The translations under genes were made by a program, and so were the position numbers. Below, one piece after another: positions 37,246 to 50,418 of a stretch of 64,000 nt of DNA. Below the pieces are notes generated by a model, which saw only the letters and a list, made by a program, of their open reading frames with translations, searched no databases and was not told the DNA's origin. This stretch comes from Macrostomum lignano. Lineage: Eukaryota. Position 1 is the stretch's first letter. Every line of letters begins with the position of its first letter. The DNA is taken from positions 118,912 to 182,911 of the forward strand of contig NIVC01000641.1 of assembly GCA_002269645.1 (NCBI GenBank), read 5' to 3'.

Positions 37246-40200
37246 CTAGGGGCCTAAGTAAATTTGTTTTAAAAGCATAGACCTAGGTCTAAATGAATTT
37301 TCGGCAATCTTCTCGTTTTTATGTTCGAAGCAAAAACATAAAAAATGTGGTAAAAATAATTTAAAGTATACCAACAATATACTTTAGTCTAATATTGCCC
37401 TGTGCCTCTGGCATTAAGCCTCGAAATTTCAGTAAAAAGTAGTCTAAATGAGTCAACTGACTAAGAACTAACGACTAATGATGTTGTCATGTCATGTCTA
37501 GGTACGAGAAAACTGCGTTAGTTTTTTTTCAAAAACGTTCACTTTCAATGCAAATGACCACGTAAACTAGATAACATCACTCACTTATAACAGTCCCTAC
37601 ATATTTTTGTTAGCTAATTTGTTCGTTTATTACTAAATATTTCTTTTTCACAAATAGATTTAGCTACAATTTGTTATATCGGTATGCTTTTGCAGAACAG
37701 ATTTACAGACTTACATCATTTAGAGAGGAGATGCCCGACAGTTTACACAGTTTACAGAGTCCATTAGATCAACAGTCTACTGTGGACTCGTACAATCTAT
37801 ATCAGACCCAAATCCGGAATCCCATCCAATCAGACTACTATTTTGCATAAACCCCTTCAGAAAAAATAGAAAGTAAACTTATGGAATAAGAATAATATAT
37901 GTATGCGAACTAAGTCAAATGAAGACAGAGAACAATTATAAAGGCAGGCAGAACACTGTTTATATGCAACATTACACGTTCGGTTATTTGCAAATCAAGT
38001 ACGTGACCGAAAGCTGCTAGGCAAGTTGAAGTTTTGCAAGCCTTGATGCAACGATGATTAAATTTCCACCGTTGGAATCGGTGGAATTCCATTTCGAGTG
38101 GAAATCATCGGATTTCCTGTAACAGCCCGATAATGAGTCGGGCTGTTAATAACATGCAGATTAATCATTTAATCCGATGATTAAAAACTCACAGCATTCA
38201 ACAACACAGCCCGACTCATTTTAAGAATGGATAACAGTGGTTGCATGGTAGCGATCATGACAAAGTATGGACAGCGCGATAAGAAACATGTGCGCATCAA
38301 GCACCATCTGTATATAGTGGTCCTTCGTGCGCATGCAAGCGTACATGTAGCTCTGCTGTAAACAGAAGACGGAAGAAATCAATTTTAACTTTAAAGTTTC
38401 CAAGCTAATTAATTAAGTAACACGAGCAATTAGACTTAAAAGCTTATACGATGTATAGCTGTGGACTCGATCATCGATCTGCATCCACCGCATTCACCGC
38501 AGAGTATGGTATGCTTTGTTTTGGTTGTGATTTACTGTTATTTGACCACGACCTCGATTGATGGCGCCAATCACAATCTCAGCACAAGAGTGCAGCACGC
38601 GACGACGGCGATGTCTAGAGGAAAAGAGCGCGTGTGATGGTACATGTATCGCACAGCTAGCTTCCGATCTATAATTAGGAGAAATTCTAAACATAACAAA
38701 AAGAAAGTAGAGAAAGAATTATCGAATTACCGAAATGTCTCGATGAATATTGTGATAGAGCTATAAGAAAGGAAAGTCATATCAAAATATGAACACTTCA
38801 TGGGTCTGCCTGCTATCAAAATAAAAAACAAGCCATTCTTCGTAATGTATTTTTCGTTAGCTCGTCAACCTGTCTCCTAAGTATTTTCCATGAAAGGGAG
38901 TTTTCGTCCTACTTGAGTAGTCCTTGAAGAGTAGTATATAAATGTACGCACTTGCGAGCTTGAGGCTGTATAATACAACAACAAACTATTACAGCAATAT
39001 TTATCCCAGAGAATCAGTCTTAATATATGGGCAAGATATGCCCCTGAAGCCACCCCCGCCACACTCACTCACAGCACTGCGACGACAGTCCCCAATTTGC
39101 ATCAATTATCCTCGCTGACTTGGTGTGATTGGCGTGCCAAATTATTGCTGCCAAGCAACTTTTTTACGCTGCAGAATTGCCGTCAGAGTTTGCGCCACCA
39201 ACTATAACTGGTCAGAATGTCTTAGCTTCTTAATCATGCAGATCGGGACCCGAATCGATTCAGCAGCAGAATATTCGCAAGCAAGCAGACGTGATGACGC
39301 TGCTACTAATCATATAGCTAGCTAAACATGGCAATAAGTCCGCTGTCTGCATCATTTTGAAAGCATTCTTTCTCTACTTTTTGCTTTGTTCAGAATTTCT
39401 CCTACATTTACGAGCACAGACAGATCGGAGTGGTACAATGCGAAGGAGACACAAAAAATACATCACAAAAGTACTACACAGCTGGAGAGCCAAAAATACA
39501 TGTATATAGGATTGGCTCCGGGAACCAGTCGTCACACTTTTATTCAATGAGGCAACATGCATTCCTTTGTGCATTCCTTGAGCATGGGTCAAGTTTAGCG
39601 TGTATTGAGCAAGACGAAATCTTGCAGTACATCTCAATGTAGCAAATAACATTGCTACAATTTTAATAAGTAAATTTTAAGTGCATACGTACCTCTAGAG
39701 TCCGGCCCAGACGGTAATTGATTGTTACTTCTTGACCTGTCGTACTTTTGATAAATTATGCTACACTCATTTACTCTTAACCGGTGCCTGTCTAGCAAAG
39801 GTCGCGCGAATTTACATTACATGCCATAATTTACAATGCATGAGCGGCCTGCACTGCAATCGTTGATGGATAATTTGTTGCGAGCTTCGAAGATGGCAGA
39901 TGCGCGTGCGTGTGTGTGTGTGTCGGTTTGTTTATAATATTCCTGATGGCGTGTGCACCAATTGCTTGCGAGCACTCTCGAGATCACAATTTTACAACTA
40001 TCGAGACCGATATAGCTTATAAACTGTTAAATGACTACCAAGTGGCATAACTGCAGTGCTGCATCCGATGGGTTATTGCATAAAGATGCCACTACAATAT
40101 GCACTCTTGTCTGTCAGTTGGCTGCACAGACTGTCAAGTGCCGTCACCGTGAATCAGCAGTTGCCTCAATAATTCTAATTGATTATTTGCAATCGCACAA

Positions 40201-40928
40201 GAGTCTAGAGGGTCAGAAGCACAGTTCGTGTTGGAAAAATCCTACTGTATTCTAAATCAGATTAGGAGTGCTTGAGCAGTTTATCCACAGCTCTGGAGCT
40301 GTTTTTTCCGGCATATGATGTGTGAGGGATGTTTCTTTCGATTGCCCAATCACATTGATGTACTCAATGGGAGGTTATCAAGTATTTGTCACTGGTTGCT
40401 TTCGACAGCTGGCAAAAAACGCGGAGAAAGCCATAATGATAATACTAGCTATCAAGGAATGATAAATATATTAATCCAGTATCTATTCTTTGCCAACTTG
40501 CAGAAATGTCAGATCTGTGATAAACAGTGCGCATGAAGATTGAACAGCACGAGTGGTGAGCATAAAAATTTAGCATCAGCATTAAATTTAAGGAAAGAGC
40601 AGTTGACTCTCATCCGATCTCACTCAGCTCGTAAGACGTGATAACTCTGGCGGCAGTGAATCGTATCGAGAACGGAATATCAGAGGGGCACTTCCTAACA
40701 AAAATACACACACCTTTGACCCATACAAAAGGAGCCCTATATTAAAATTCAAATTTTCCTGCAAAAATGTCACAATTAAGAAGAAAATGATTTTCTCTAG
40801 TTAAAAAGTGACTCAAGTACTTCTAGTGTCATTTTCTTTTTCCTGAAATGATCCTGGTTGCACTGGGATAATTCCTTGTAACGGATGCGCTCACGAAAAA
40901 TTTGCTTTCCAAGATTTTAAAAAGTCTC

Positions 40929-43900
40929 CTAACGTGACGCCGCCGCTTTGGCTTTTTCGCGCCGCTTCTGTCGCTTCTTTCGTCGTTTTCTACGGGCCCG
41001 ACGCGACGCCTTCGAGCGGCGCGCTTTTGGTAGCGGCTGCGGCGGCGGCTCTCGTCGAGCTATGATGCCCAGCCGGCGGCCGAGGCGGCGCATCTTCTCG
41101 ATGACCTCCTCCTGCATCAGCTTGAAGCACATGGCAAACACGGACAGGCCGACGGCCACGTACAGTGTGGTGGCGATCAGCTTCTCCTTCGGGTTCCGGG
41201 AGTCCACCTCCGTGCCTGGTTTATGAGGCATCACATAGATAACGTCATTTTGATCGATTTAGTCGCGTCTGCATGTTTATCATACTTGCGAGCAAAGTCA
41301 ATTTAACTGTATTTTTATGTTTGACGACGTTGCATTTTGAGGACAGGAAAGCCACACTTAAGATGAGCTCTGTCAGGTACTCTATTTGCCATATTTTTGT
41401 CCTCAAAGCCTATTCAAGCCTATGCTGCTTTTATTTTCTTGGCGAAGCACGTGCTCCAATTGACGGACCGGGGTTGCCACGGGGTGAAGCTGCAAAGTCA
41501 TTCAAGCTTGTTGCCCTTAAGACAATTAGAAGGCATCTTGGGTTGACTGACTGCTTCATACTTGGCTCAGAGAGAGGGGGATCCTGAGCAAGCCTGATGA
41601 GGCAGGCGACTGCGGAAGCTGGCGCAAAAAATCGCAGCGGGGGGTTGAGGAGAGGGCGATGCAGTTCAGGTCGGCGCCATCATCTTGGGATGCAGACCGG
41701 TCCCCACGCACCCACTAAGCCTTATGAGAAAAAGGAAAATGCGAGTGTGAAAAGATGGAGAGTTATATGGATAGTGACTAAAAACTGGAAAAGGGAAAGT
41801 CCAGCCAAGCTAAAAACTGTAGCCTCGCCTGTTCCACGTTGAGAGCCCAATTTGAGTCTAGAATTTCTATTTGCCATCTCGCTACGTCGCCCGCTCTTCC
41901 TTAGTCCGTCCGGGCGTCCCAAAGGCCGGCTCCAAAGGCGGAAAGCGGAAAGACGCCGGCCTCATCTTGACTGTTGGATGGCTCATTATTAACCCCGCAT
42001 ATATTTTTGGCAAACACCAAAATAGCGAGACGGAATTACCCGGCACAATGTCACCAAAGCCAATGGTGCTCAGAGTGATGAAGCAGAAATAGGACCACTT
42101 GATGTAGTCAGTTTGCTCCCAGATGGTAAACAGAAATGAGCCGAAGATCACATAGCCCAGCATGACGGTTAGGGACAGGCTGAGGGGCACAGTGACCTGG
42201 CTCAACTTCTTGTCGTGCGGACCTCGGCGCCTGCGCTTGCGGCCGCTGCCGGGGCCGGCGCCGTAGTCGTAGTAGCCTAGATTGCCCAGCTGGTCCCCAG
42301 TTTCGAAAGACGAAAGTGAGGAGCTTGAAGAGGACGACGATGAGTACAAGTCGGAGTCCTCATCGCCGGACGAACCAGAAGGGCTGGGTAGGGAGACGTA
42401 GCTGATTGTCCGAGTCAGTGCCTCCTGATCGTGCGGTGGAGCCTCGGACTCGGCCTCGTCGAGCGGTTCGACCTCTTCTGTCAGCGCCTGGTCGATGTTT
42501 GCCCAGTCAACAACGGGCGCTCTGCCAAGTCCAAGCAGCGACTCCGGCTCTGTAGACGATGTGGCGAGTGTGCGGCGGCTGCGCAACGGCGACGGCGTCG
42601 ACTGGCTGCGGGCTAGCCGGCGCTGCCACGGCAAGTCGCTCCTCAGGGTGTCGCGGGTCCCCCCGAAATTCGACATGCTGGTGTATCGCCTGGATTGAGT
42701 TAAGTTGTGAGGAGTTGAACGGCTTTTTAGTCAGACTGTCAGACTTAGTCAGTGAGAGAGAGAGCATCATGTACACCATCAACATCAGCTTAAAAGTAGC
42801 TTCTAACCGTCGTCGGTAATTGCAAGCTTCAGGACTAATTGATAGTAATAATGCGACAACCGATGACAATCATCCCTAAATATTATCAGACAGAATTCCG
42901 AGCGAGAAAAGTCACCGAATCACCTCGCCGGCGACCCCTCCTGGTCCCTTTGTCGGTGCCGCGTTGCTGGCAGGAGTCTGGCCACGGCCAAAGCTCGCCT
43001 CGCGCCTCCGCGAGCTTTGCAATTCGTCGTCGCAGCTGCCCCCGACATGGCATTTGTGCCGGGAAAATCGTCGACAAACAGCACCCGTCCTGTGCCGGCC
43101 GGCGTGGACCAGGCGGCCATCAGCGGTCGGGCGAAGTCGGTCTTCACTCGGATGATGTCCAGCTCCTCGCTGCGCTGCTGCCGACCGCTGACTGGGACGA
43201 GCGCCCCGTTGGCGCTCGCTGTAGCTGACGTTGCTGTCGCCGCCGTTGCGGCCGCTGCGGCCACCTCAGCCGGTCCTCGCGGCTTGGCGGAGCAAATCCG
43301 GAACTGCTTGAAGTACGGCCTGCACATGGTGCTATAGAGCAGGCGGAAACCGTCAGCCAGGTAATCACCGATGTTGTTCAGATAGAGGAACATCAGCGGG
43401 ATGCCCAGGAAGGCGCAAAACATCGTGGCAACCATGCCGAGCCAGGTCTTGGGAGCGGCGTGACCGTACCCTGCAATGACAGGTGTTGGTGATGACACAA
43501 CGTTCAAAGAATGGTATTTAAACGGACTTTTTACCTTGCCTAACTAGAGAACAACAAATCTGCTGAAGACCTTGTGTGCAACAGGCGCAGACAGACTGCA
43601 ATTCCTTGAACAAGACGCATCCCTTGATGAGGTCTGCACACCCGAGAACATTTCGTTACCTCGGGGCTGCTGGAGAGCCTTCACCCCCCAGTGAAGATCA
43701 GGCTAGAGGCAGAACTTCCCTGAGCGTCCCAGGCAATGGTTACTAGCGGGTCTCGCGGGGATTGTCAGAATTGGCGATGCTCGCCGCCCCGCAGCGCCTT
43801 CACGTGCTTCTTTAGCTATGCCAAGTGCGTCAAGATTTCCCTTCTAGTTGCTTTAAAAACAGAAGACTGCAGTGCGGTCTGCATGACTCTATTTTAAAGG

Positions 43901-46900
43901 CTAGATCACATGACGAGGTATCTACATGTAAGCGCTGTGGCCCCTGTCATTCTAGTTAGCATGGATGGTCCTTGCAAAATTAGAGGATGCTAAAGCACAC
44001 CCAGGGTCAAAGTTCAGAATGTGATTAACAAAATATGCAAACGCACCAAAGTCTCTACTCTGCACTCGAATGAATTCTTCTCAAAAGCCAAAGCGTCATG
44101 TGAATTGCCAAGAGAACAGGAGCTAAGTGGGACTTCAGCAGAGTTAAAAACGCCGAAAGTAGCAATTGTCTGATTTGGACTAAACGCACCGGCCTCAATG
44201 CATTACGAGCTACTCTTCATTCAATCTAATTTTGAAGTCTGTGTCCAATCAGCAGGAAATTTGATTGATGTGCTCCACGGTGGCCCTATATGTTCATTTT
44301 GTGACGCATAAAATCAGGCTAAACTCAGGGAAAGTTTGAGTGCAGAAATGCGCACTTTGATTGGAGAATATACCCACCCCTTACTGATCCCACTCCGCAG
44401 CTGCACAATCAGTTAACAACCCGGAAGTTTTGCTCTCAATTAAACCCATTTAAGATTGAAATCATTTCAGTGAACCGTGTCTCCCTCTCTCTCAAACTTA
44501 ATCAGCTCAATAATGGCAAAGTGATCAGACTCAGAGGGCAGACCTTGCTATAGGACAGGGCTTTGACAAACTTAGCGGCTTACTAATCTACTATTTAGCA
44601 TTACTTGGTTAGGTGCTCAGTTCTGTGCAGGGAGAAACCTGAAGCTACAGACTTGCTGAGACCGTGAGTACCGTTTATTGACATTCAGCCACTGCCCAAT
44701 TTAGACTTTAACTAAGCTTTCAACTCGCAGCTAAATGCGTTAGAAGTCTGTCCGTGGATTTAGTAGGCTACAGTGCCCCCCCCCCACCCAGAGGCCTCCA
44801 GTCCGGTACACACCGCTGTTTCAGTGATCAATGTGGAGCGAGAAGGCGAGAGTGTTGCAACGAAAGAAAGAGAGGGAGCGAGTGAGCGAAAGACGCCAGA
44901 TATTGATTTCCATATCCGACTGATACAGAAATTTTGTCCGAAGAAAAATGTCTTTAAGTGACATGCGACTCCAGGGTCAGCAGAGAGACGGAACTGCGAT
45001 AGTCGTTGGCGGTTAGTAAAGAATTTCGGTCTGATTTGGGGGACTGTGATGGCCAGAGGCTCCGATTAGGGCTGTCAATCCGATTGGGGATTAGGCAATG
45101 CTAACGACCTTAATTGATCACCCCCGTTAGTAGGAAAAGGATTTTGGGATAAAGGGGACTGGGATAATGCTGGTAAAGGGTGGGTTAGGGGAGAGGGACA
45201 CTGACAGCTGTGAGGGAAATGGTGAAGGAGTAGCAGAGACAAGAGAGAAAAAGAAGCATACGGCAGAGAGCCCTGAAGCAATAGAAACAAAATTTGAGAA
45301 GCCGGACAGACAGGAGAGCGATATGGATGTGGGGGCAGAGTAGCTGGAAAAGTCTCTGGTTCGATACCGTTTGCGGTCACAATACTTAGACGAAAATTAA
45401 CCTCGGGGGGGGGGCTTTTCATACGGTTACCAGTCTCTAGTGGTCTCAGTTACCACTCATGAGGGCCAACTCCTCTGTCACAGAGTTGTGTACATGCTGG
45501 ATAATTAGAACTTCTGGGTCACTGTACACCTCGTGAGACCGTGCACCTTTCTATATTAGTGGCAGTGCTCAAAGCCCCCTGCGAGCTGACTTACTATAAG
45601 AAGCCATGGAGGATACCAAAGAGATGTTGCAGAGACTTCTTTGAGAAACAGAACGAGATATTCCCCAAATTCTCTACCGGTCGCTCTGTCAACTTCTGTT
45701 CCTATCTGCTCAAATTCAAATCGATTGAGTGGAAAGAGTTAAAAAAGTTTGCGAAACTGACGGTGAGGCAACGAAGTCCACAGCCTCCTCAAGCCGCAGG
45801 TCCATCTCTTCCAGTCACAGCGTCCAACTTAGCAGTTAGTCTGCAACTACTGGAGACAGCTGTTCCGCTTACATTGGATTCACTCGGTACGGACCAGTAG
45901 TAGGTAAAGCTGGGGGGATAGGGCAAGAGAGGAGTAAAGAAAAAGCTGAGGAACGCGAAGCGGCGGAACGGCGACACTCGAAATTAGCTGGGCGGCGTCT
46001 CAGCGCACGGCCGAGTCCGCCCCCAGCCCACCGCCCATTCGCACAATGGCTTTTTTATTATCCGCGATATTTCTCTGCGAATGTTCGCCCGCCTGGGTGC
46101 GCAGGAATTGATTGACAGCAGAGCCCCATCGCTCGACTCAGAAATCTCATCGGTTGCACTGATGAAGGCCGGGTCTTGGGGCGCGTGTTTTCTGTATGAC
46201 GCGAGACTGGAAAGAGTCTGGGATGGCGGCTAAGGCCCATAGGGGGGGGGGGGCTGTTTGTCCTCCGTGCGGCTGCGGAACAACTGAGCAAACAGGCCGC
46301 GATGGGGCAGAAATAGAGAAGGAATGAATAATGCTGTTGTTGCACTTTCTGTACAAGAGAAGCCTTTAGCAGTGAGCTGCTGTTGAATCGCGATTCAATT
46401 AGAAGCTGCGGCTGGCAGCTTGCGGATAATACGAAAATTGATCTTCATCTCAATAACAGCTCGGGGTCTCCAACAGCAACAACTGTCATCTCAATAGCAG
46501 ATCGGGGTCTCCAACAGCATCAACTGTCATCTCAATAACAGCTCGGGGTCTCCAACAGCAACAACTGTCATCTCAATAGCAGATCGGGGTCTCCAACAGC
46601 ATCAACTGTCATCTCAATAACAGCTCGGGGTCTCCAACAGCATCAACTGTCATCTCAATAACAGCTCGGGGTCTCCAACAGCAACAACTGTCATCTCAAT
46701 AACAGCTCGGGGTCTCCAACAGCAACAACTGTCATCTCAATAGCAGATCGGGGTCTCCAACAGCATCAACTGTCATCTCAATAACAGCTCGGGGTCTCCA
46801 ACAGCAACAACTGTCATCTCAATAACAGTTCGGGGTCTCCAACAGCAACAACTGTCATATTTTCAACACTAAATACCTACTCTTCTAAACGATTACTAAC

Positions 46901-48223
46901 ATTCTAGTATGCGTAGAATGCATAAAATAGAATTCCAATATGCATATTGGTAAGAGTTGGCCTTTAATGGAGTCTAATGTACAAGTTTTTCAAAGTAAAT
47001 TATCACAAAGTTCTACTAGAGTATTGGGGACCAGAAAAGTGACAATAATTTTTTTGCGCTCTTAGACAAATAAATCAGTGAGATGAAAGCTGTCTGGTTC
47101 TTGATTTTCGTTTGTCAGTCTCAAGTACCATTGTTTTCCTAAATCACAACCTATGAGACCAAATGCATAGAAGCTTCATTTGGTCTCCTAAAGACAGTGA
47201 GCGATTTTCAATTTTGGTACTAAACAAGGAAACATCCTATTGCACTGGTGCATTCTGAAACGAAATTGGGATTCTCCTTTTATTGTCAGTGGTCCTTGAG
47301 TACAGTTGGGCTCTCCAATCGGAATGATGACTGCCACCTCACAAAATGCTAAGGATCCCACCAATGAGGCAACTCACCAATGGTGGTGATGACTGCCACC
47401 TCACAGAATGCTAAGGATCCCACCAATTAGGCAACTCACCAATGGTGGTGATGACTGTCACCACAAACAGCAGCGCCCCGGCAAAGTTCCAAGTGTAATC
47501 CCGCTCAGACAAGCTCCCATTCCAGCCGTCGTCCTTCACGAACACGGTTACGTTGGCAACTATGCGGTTTACAGTGTCATTGAGCACGCGCAGCAGCAGC
47601 TGTTGACTGGTCTCGGTCGCAGTGGCCGCCTCTGCCAGTGCTGCCGCCACCGGGATTCGCCCTTCACCGCTGCTGATGTTCAGCAGACCAACTGCAGTTG
47701 CGCTTGTTGTCGCTGTGTCGCCCACTGTGGTAGTCGGCGCTTGCGTAGCGACCTTCGGCTCGGAGCAGACAAGCCGCAGCTCCTTGAGCCAGGCTTCCTG
47801 ATAGCTGCGCACCCGCTCCTTCAGCTGTCTCTCGTGCGGCATCTCGATGGCCTGGAAGATCAAGCCGCCAACGAATGTGTAAGCAACAATAAGACCGGAC
47901 AGGCCAATGTGGCTGAACACGAAGGCCAGGAAGCGCTTGCAGAAGGTTTTCGTCTGACGGATCCGACGTCGGCGACGTTCACGTCGTTTCAACTCTCGGC
48001 GCTCCTGCCGCGACAGCTTCTGGCGTCGGGATGCTTGAGGCTGCAGTTGCTGCTCCTGCTGCTCTTGCTGCTCCTGCAGTTGCTCAGGATCTCCAGCGTC
48101 ATCAGCCGCTGCTTGCTCCACGTCTGTCTGGTGCGGCTGCTGCTGAACTGCGACACTGGGCTCCCGGACAGCATAATGCTGCAGGTCCACGATGGAGATC
48201 TGAGTCTCCGATGCTGGAAGCAT
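40929..48223 (-). CDS. Large K2P/TWK channel, ~755 aa (exons 48223-47440, 43470-42924, 42689-42040, 41215-40929)
   Basis: FVFSHIGLSGLIVAYTFVGGLIFQAIE (TM1); WNFAGALLFVVTVITTIG|YGH (P1); LGIPLMFLYL (TM2); long cytosolic loop; TVPLSLSL (TM3); YFCFITLSTIGFGDIVP (P2); TM4. Exon lengths 784+547+650+287 keep frame. Confidence 0.9.
46445..46858. repeat. 41-bp intronic minisatellite (~10 copies)
   Basis: Unit CAACTGTCATCTCAATAACAGCTCGGGGTCTCCAACAGCA(A/T). Confidence 0.95.
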
Positions 48224-48918
48224 TTGTTTTTCTAATTCATTTTCGCCAATAATAATGAAATCCTGAACTCTCTGCACCTGAGACAGATGACATGCTTAAA
48301 ATTTAGCCAACCGTACAGTGTATTCGATTGGATTTAATTTCCTGTCACATTAACAATGCAAAGTCAGGTTGGTTGGCTGAATTATGTTTATCATGTTTTG
48401 GTTCAATTTCAGTGTATTTTACTTGACTCTCTGTGCAACAGGATTTGACGTCCCGCTCGCAGCCAATCAGAATTCTGCTGCTCTGCACTGGCTGGGCCTG
48501 CAAATCTCGGGGCGCAAAACGGACCTACATTGACTTGTTGCGTTAGAGCTGCTGACACAGGGCTAGAGCTGTAGTTTTTAACTGAATGGAGTCGATCCGC
48601 CCGGTAGTGCACCGCAGCCTACATTACTAGCTGACTTTTCCACCGAGGATTCGGAAAAGCCGACAGGAGAAGGGAAAACAGCAAATGAACGCAATTGACA
48701 CAGTCAACGCTGCGTTTGATCTTTGCCGCCGTGAAATCTCTAGCTAGTATCGGAACTAACACTCACTCTGTCCCGGTGTTCGATGTTCAACAGGCGATGC
48801 CGGAGGCTGTTTAGAGAGGCGGTGAGACGCGGAAACTGATGGATGGAAAACAAGCGCAAAATGGGCTTGGATTGAATAAACAGCAGCCAGAGTTTGAAAG
48901 CGCGCAAAAAGGACGGAG

Positions 48919-48920
<2 letters not shown>

Positions 48921-49011
<91 letters not shown>
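48921..49011. repeat. (GA)n microsatellite in the K2P 5' region
   Basis: Direct reading. Confidence 0.95.
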
Positions 49012-49013
<2 letters not shown>

Positions 49014-50418
49014 AGGGAGTTGGCGAGAGGCCGAGGGCGAGGTGAGGGTTTTATGACCCACACCGGACCTGACCTTGTTGGCTCAACAACTTGCCGACAG
49101 CTGGTTATTGGAGAAATCGGAGAGCTGGAGATGAAGGAAGAGAGACAGGAGACCGGGCGCAGGGGAGTGAAAGCAGATGATGCATTGGAAATGCGACTGC
49201 CGATTCTCTAGCGACGGTGTTGCGAGAATTTCCTGCCAGTGTTTTTCTACGTTTCTACTTCTTAACCAGCGGGCAAGAGGCTACAGTCAGGCTGCCTTTA
49301 AACCAGGCATTGTCTTCTTCTTTAACTAACTTGTCTCAGCAGTGAAAGCTTTGACTAGCTCTATTTGTTAAGTGGAGCCAAGAGAAAATCCATTGTGGTC
49401 TATTGCTTCATTTTCCCATTTTTTCTTTTTATTCCCTATGTTTAAAAGTAAGAATTATTGATTTCCTTATTGAAATAGTTGACTCATAATTCTAGAAATA
49501 TTGCCATTGCTAGCTAATGTCCCTCAAAAACTACTGAACAGTAGTATGCGCATCTCTTCTGGGTCTTATCATGGCCTCATCCCTGCGTTCTGCTTACAAG
49601 GACTACTGTGGTATAACAGGACGTGAAATTCAAAGATCGTTTATTTTTTAAAGTCCAATTTCCTGAAAAAATTCAGTGATTGAGTTTGATTTGGGACAGT
49701 GAAGATTGTCCATTCTCTGTGAAGAATGTTGCATTTTATATAGCTGAGTAGTGACGTTTTTGTTTCTTCATAAAAGAAATATATATGTAATAAAGATGTT
49801 GCGTGCAGGTATTATTATTAAAGACCTTATTGTAGGTATAATTCTATTTTTCAATGCATATTAGTTTCGACATAAATACATACACAGTCAGTGAATACAA
49901 ATTTTGGCTTATGAAACAAAAAAGAAGAATCTTCACTGCCCCGATCAAATGCAGTGGTTAGTTTTACGTCCTGTTATACTACACAGTGGTCCTTGTCTGC
50001 CTACAGCTTTGTTTGAAGCCAGCACCCAAGTTTTTGTTTGTTTTGCAGTTTTTTAATTCTTTGTACAAACAAGAAAGGTTCATAAATTACTTTAAGAGTT
50101 AGTTCTGATTGCTCTGTGAGTGTTATCTCAATATTCACTGAGCTGCGGTGTGCGCTGTTTTGTGGGGCCGAGGGTGGGTGGGAGTGATAATCGGTGACAC
50201 CAGCTAGCAATTTGTTACTTTCGAATATCTAGCGTCGATTAGAGAGATACGAAACAGGTGAGCTGACAGGTGTGCCTCGGTGCCTCGGTTCTTATCTGGC
50301 AGGCACTCGAAATTGCTTCAGCTGTTCCAGCGCGAAATTACTTACTCGCTGCCGGCGCCTACAGCTTAGAAGGCTTTGAGTCCTGTGGTCTCAACTCTGC
50401 TTGGAGCAGCTCTCCGAC

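Noticed and set aside
37900-40700. Short ORFs as protein-coding genes
   Set aside because: No host-like codon bias, recognisable motifs or consistent splice pattern.
43600-43800. HDV-like or hammerhead ribozyme in an RTE-like fragment (hammerhead also considered at 21090-21150 and 22220-22280)
   Set aside because: I could not assemble the required cores (CUGANGA...GAAA with stems, or the nested P1-P4 pseudoknot); a covariance-model search would be needed.
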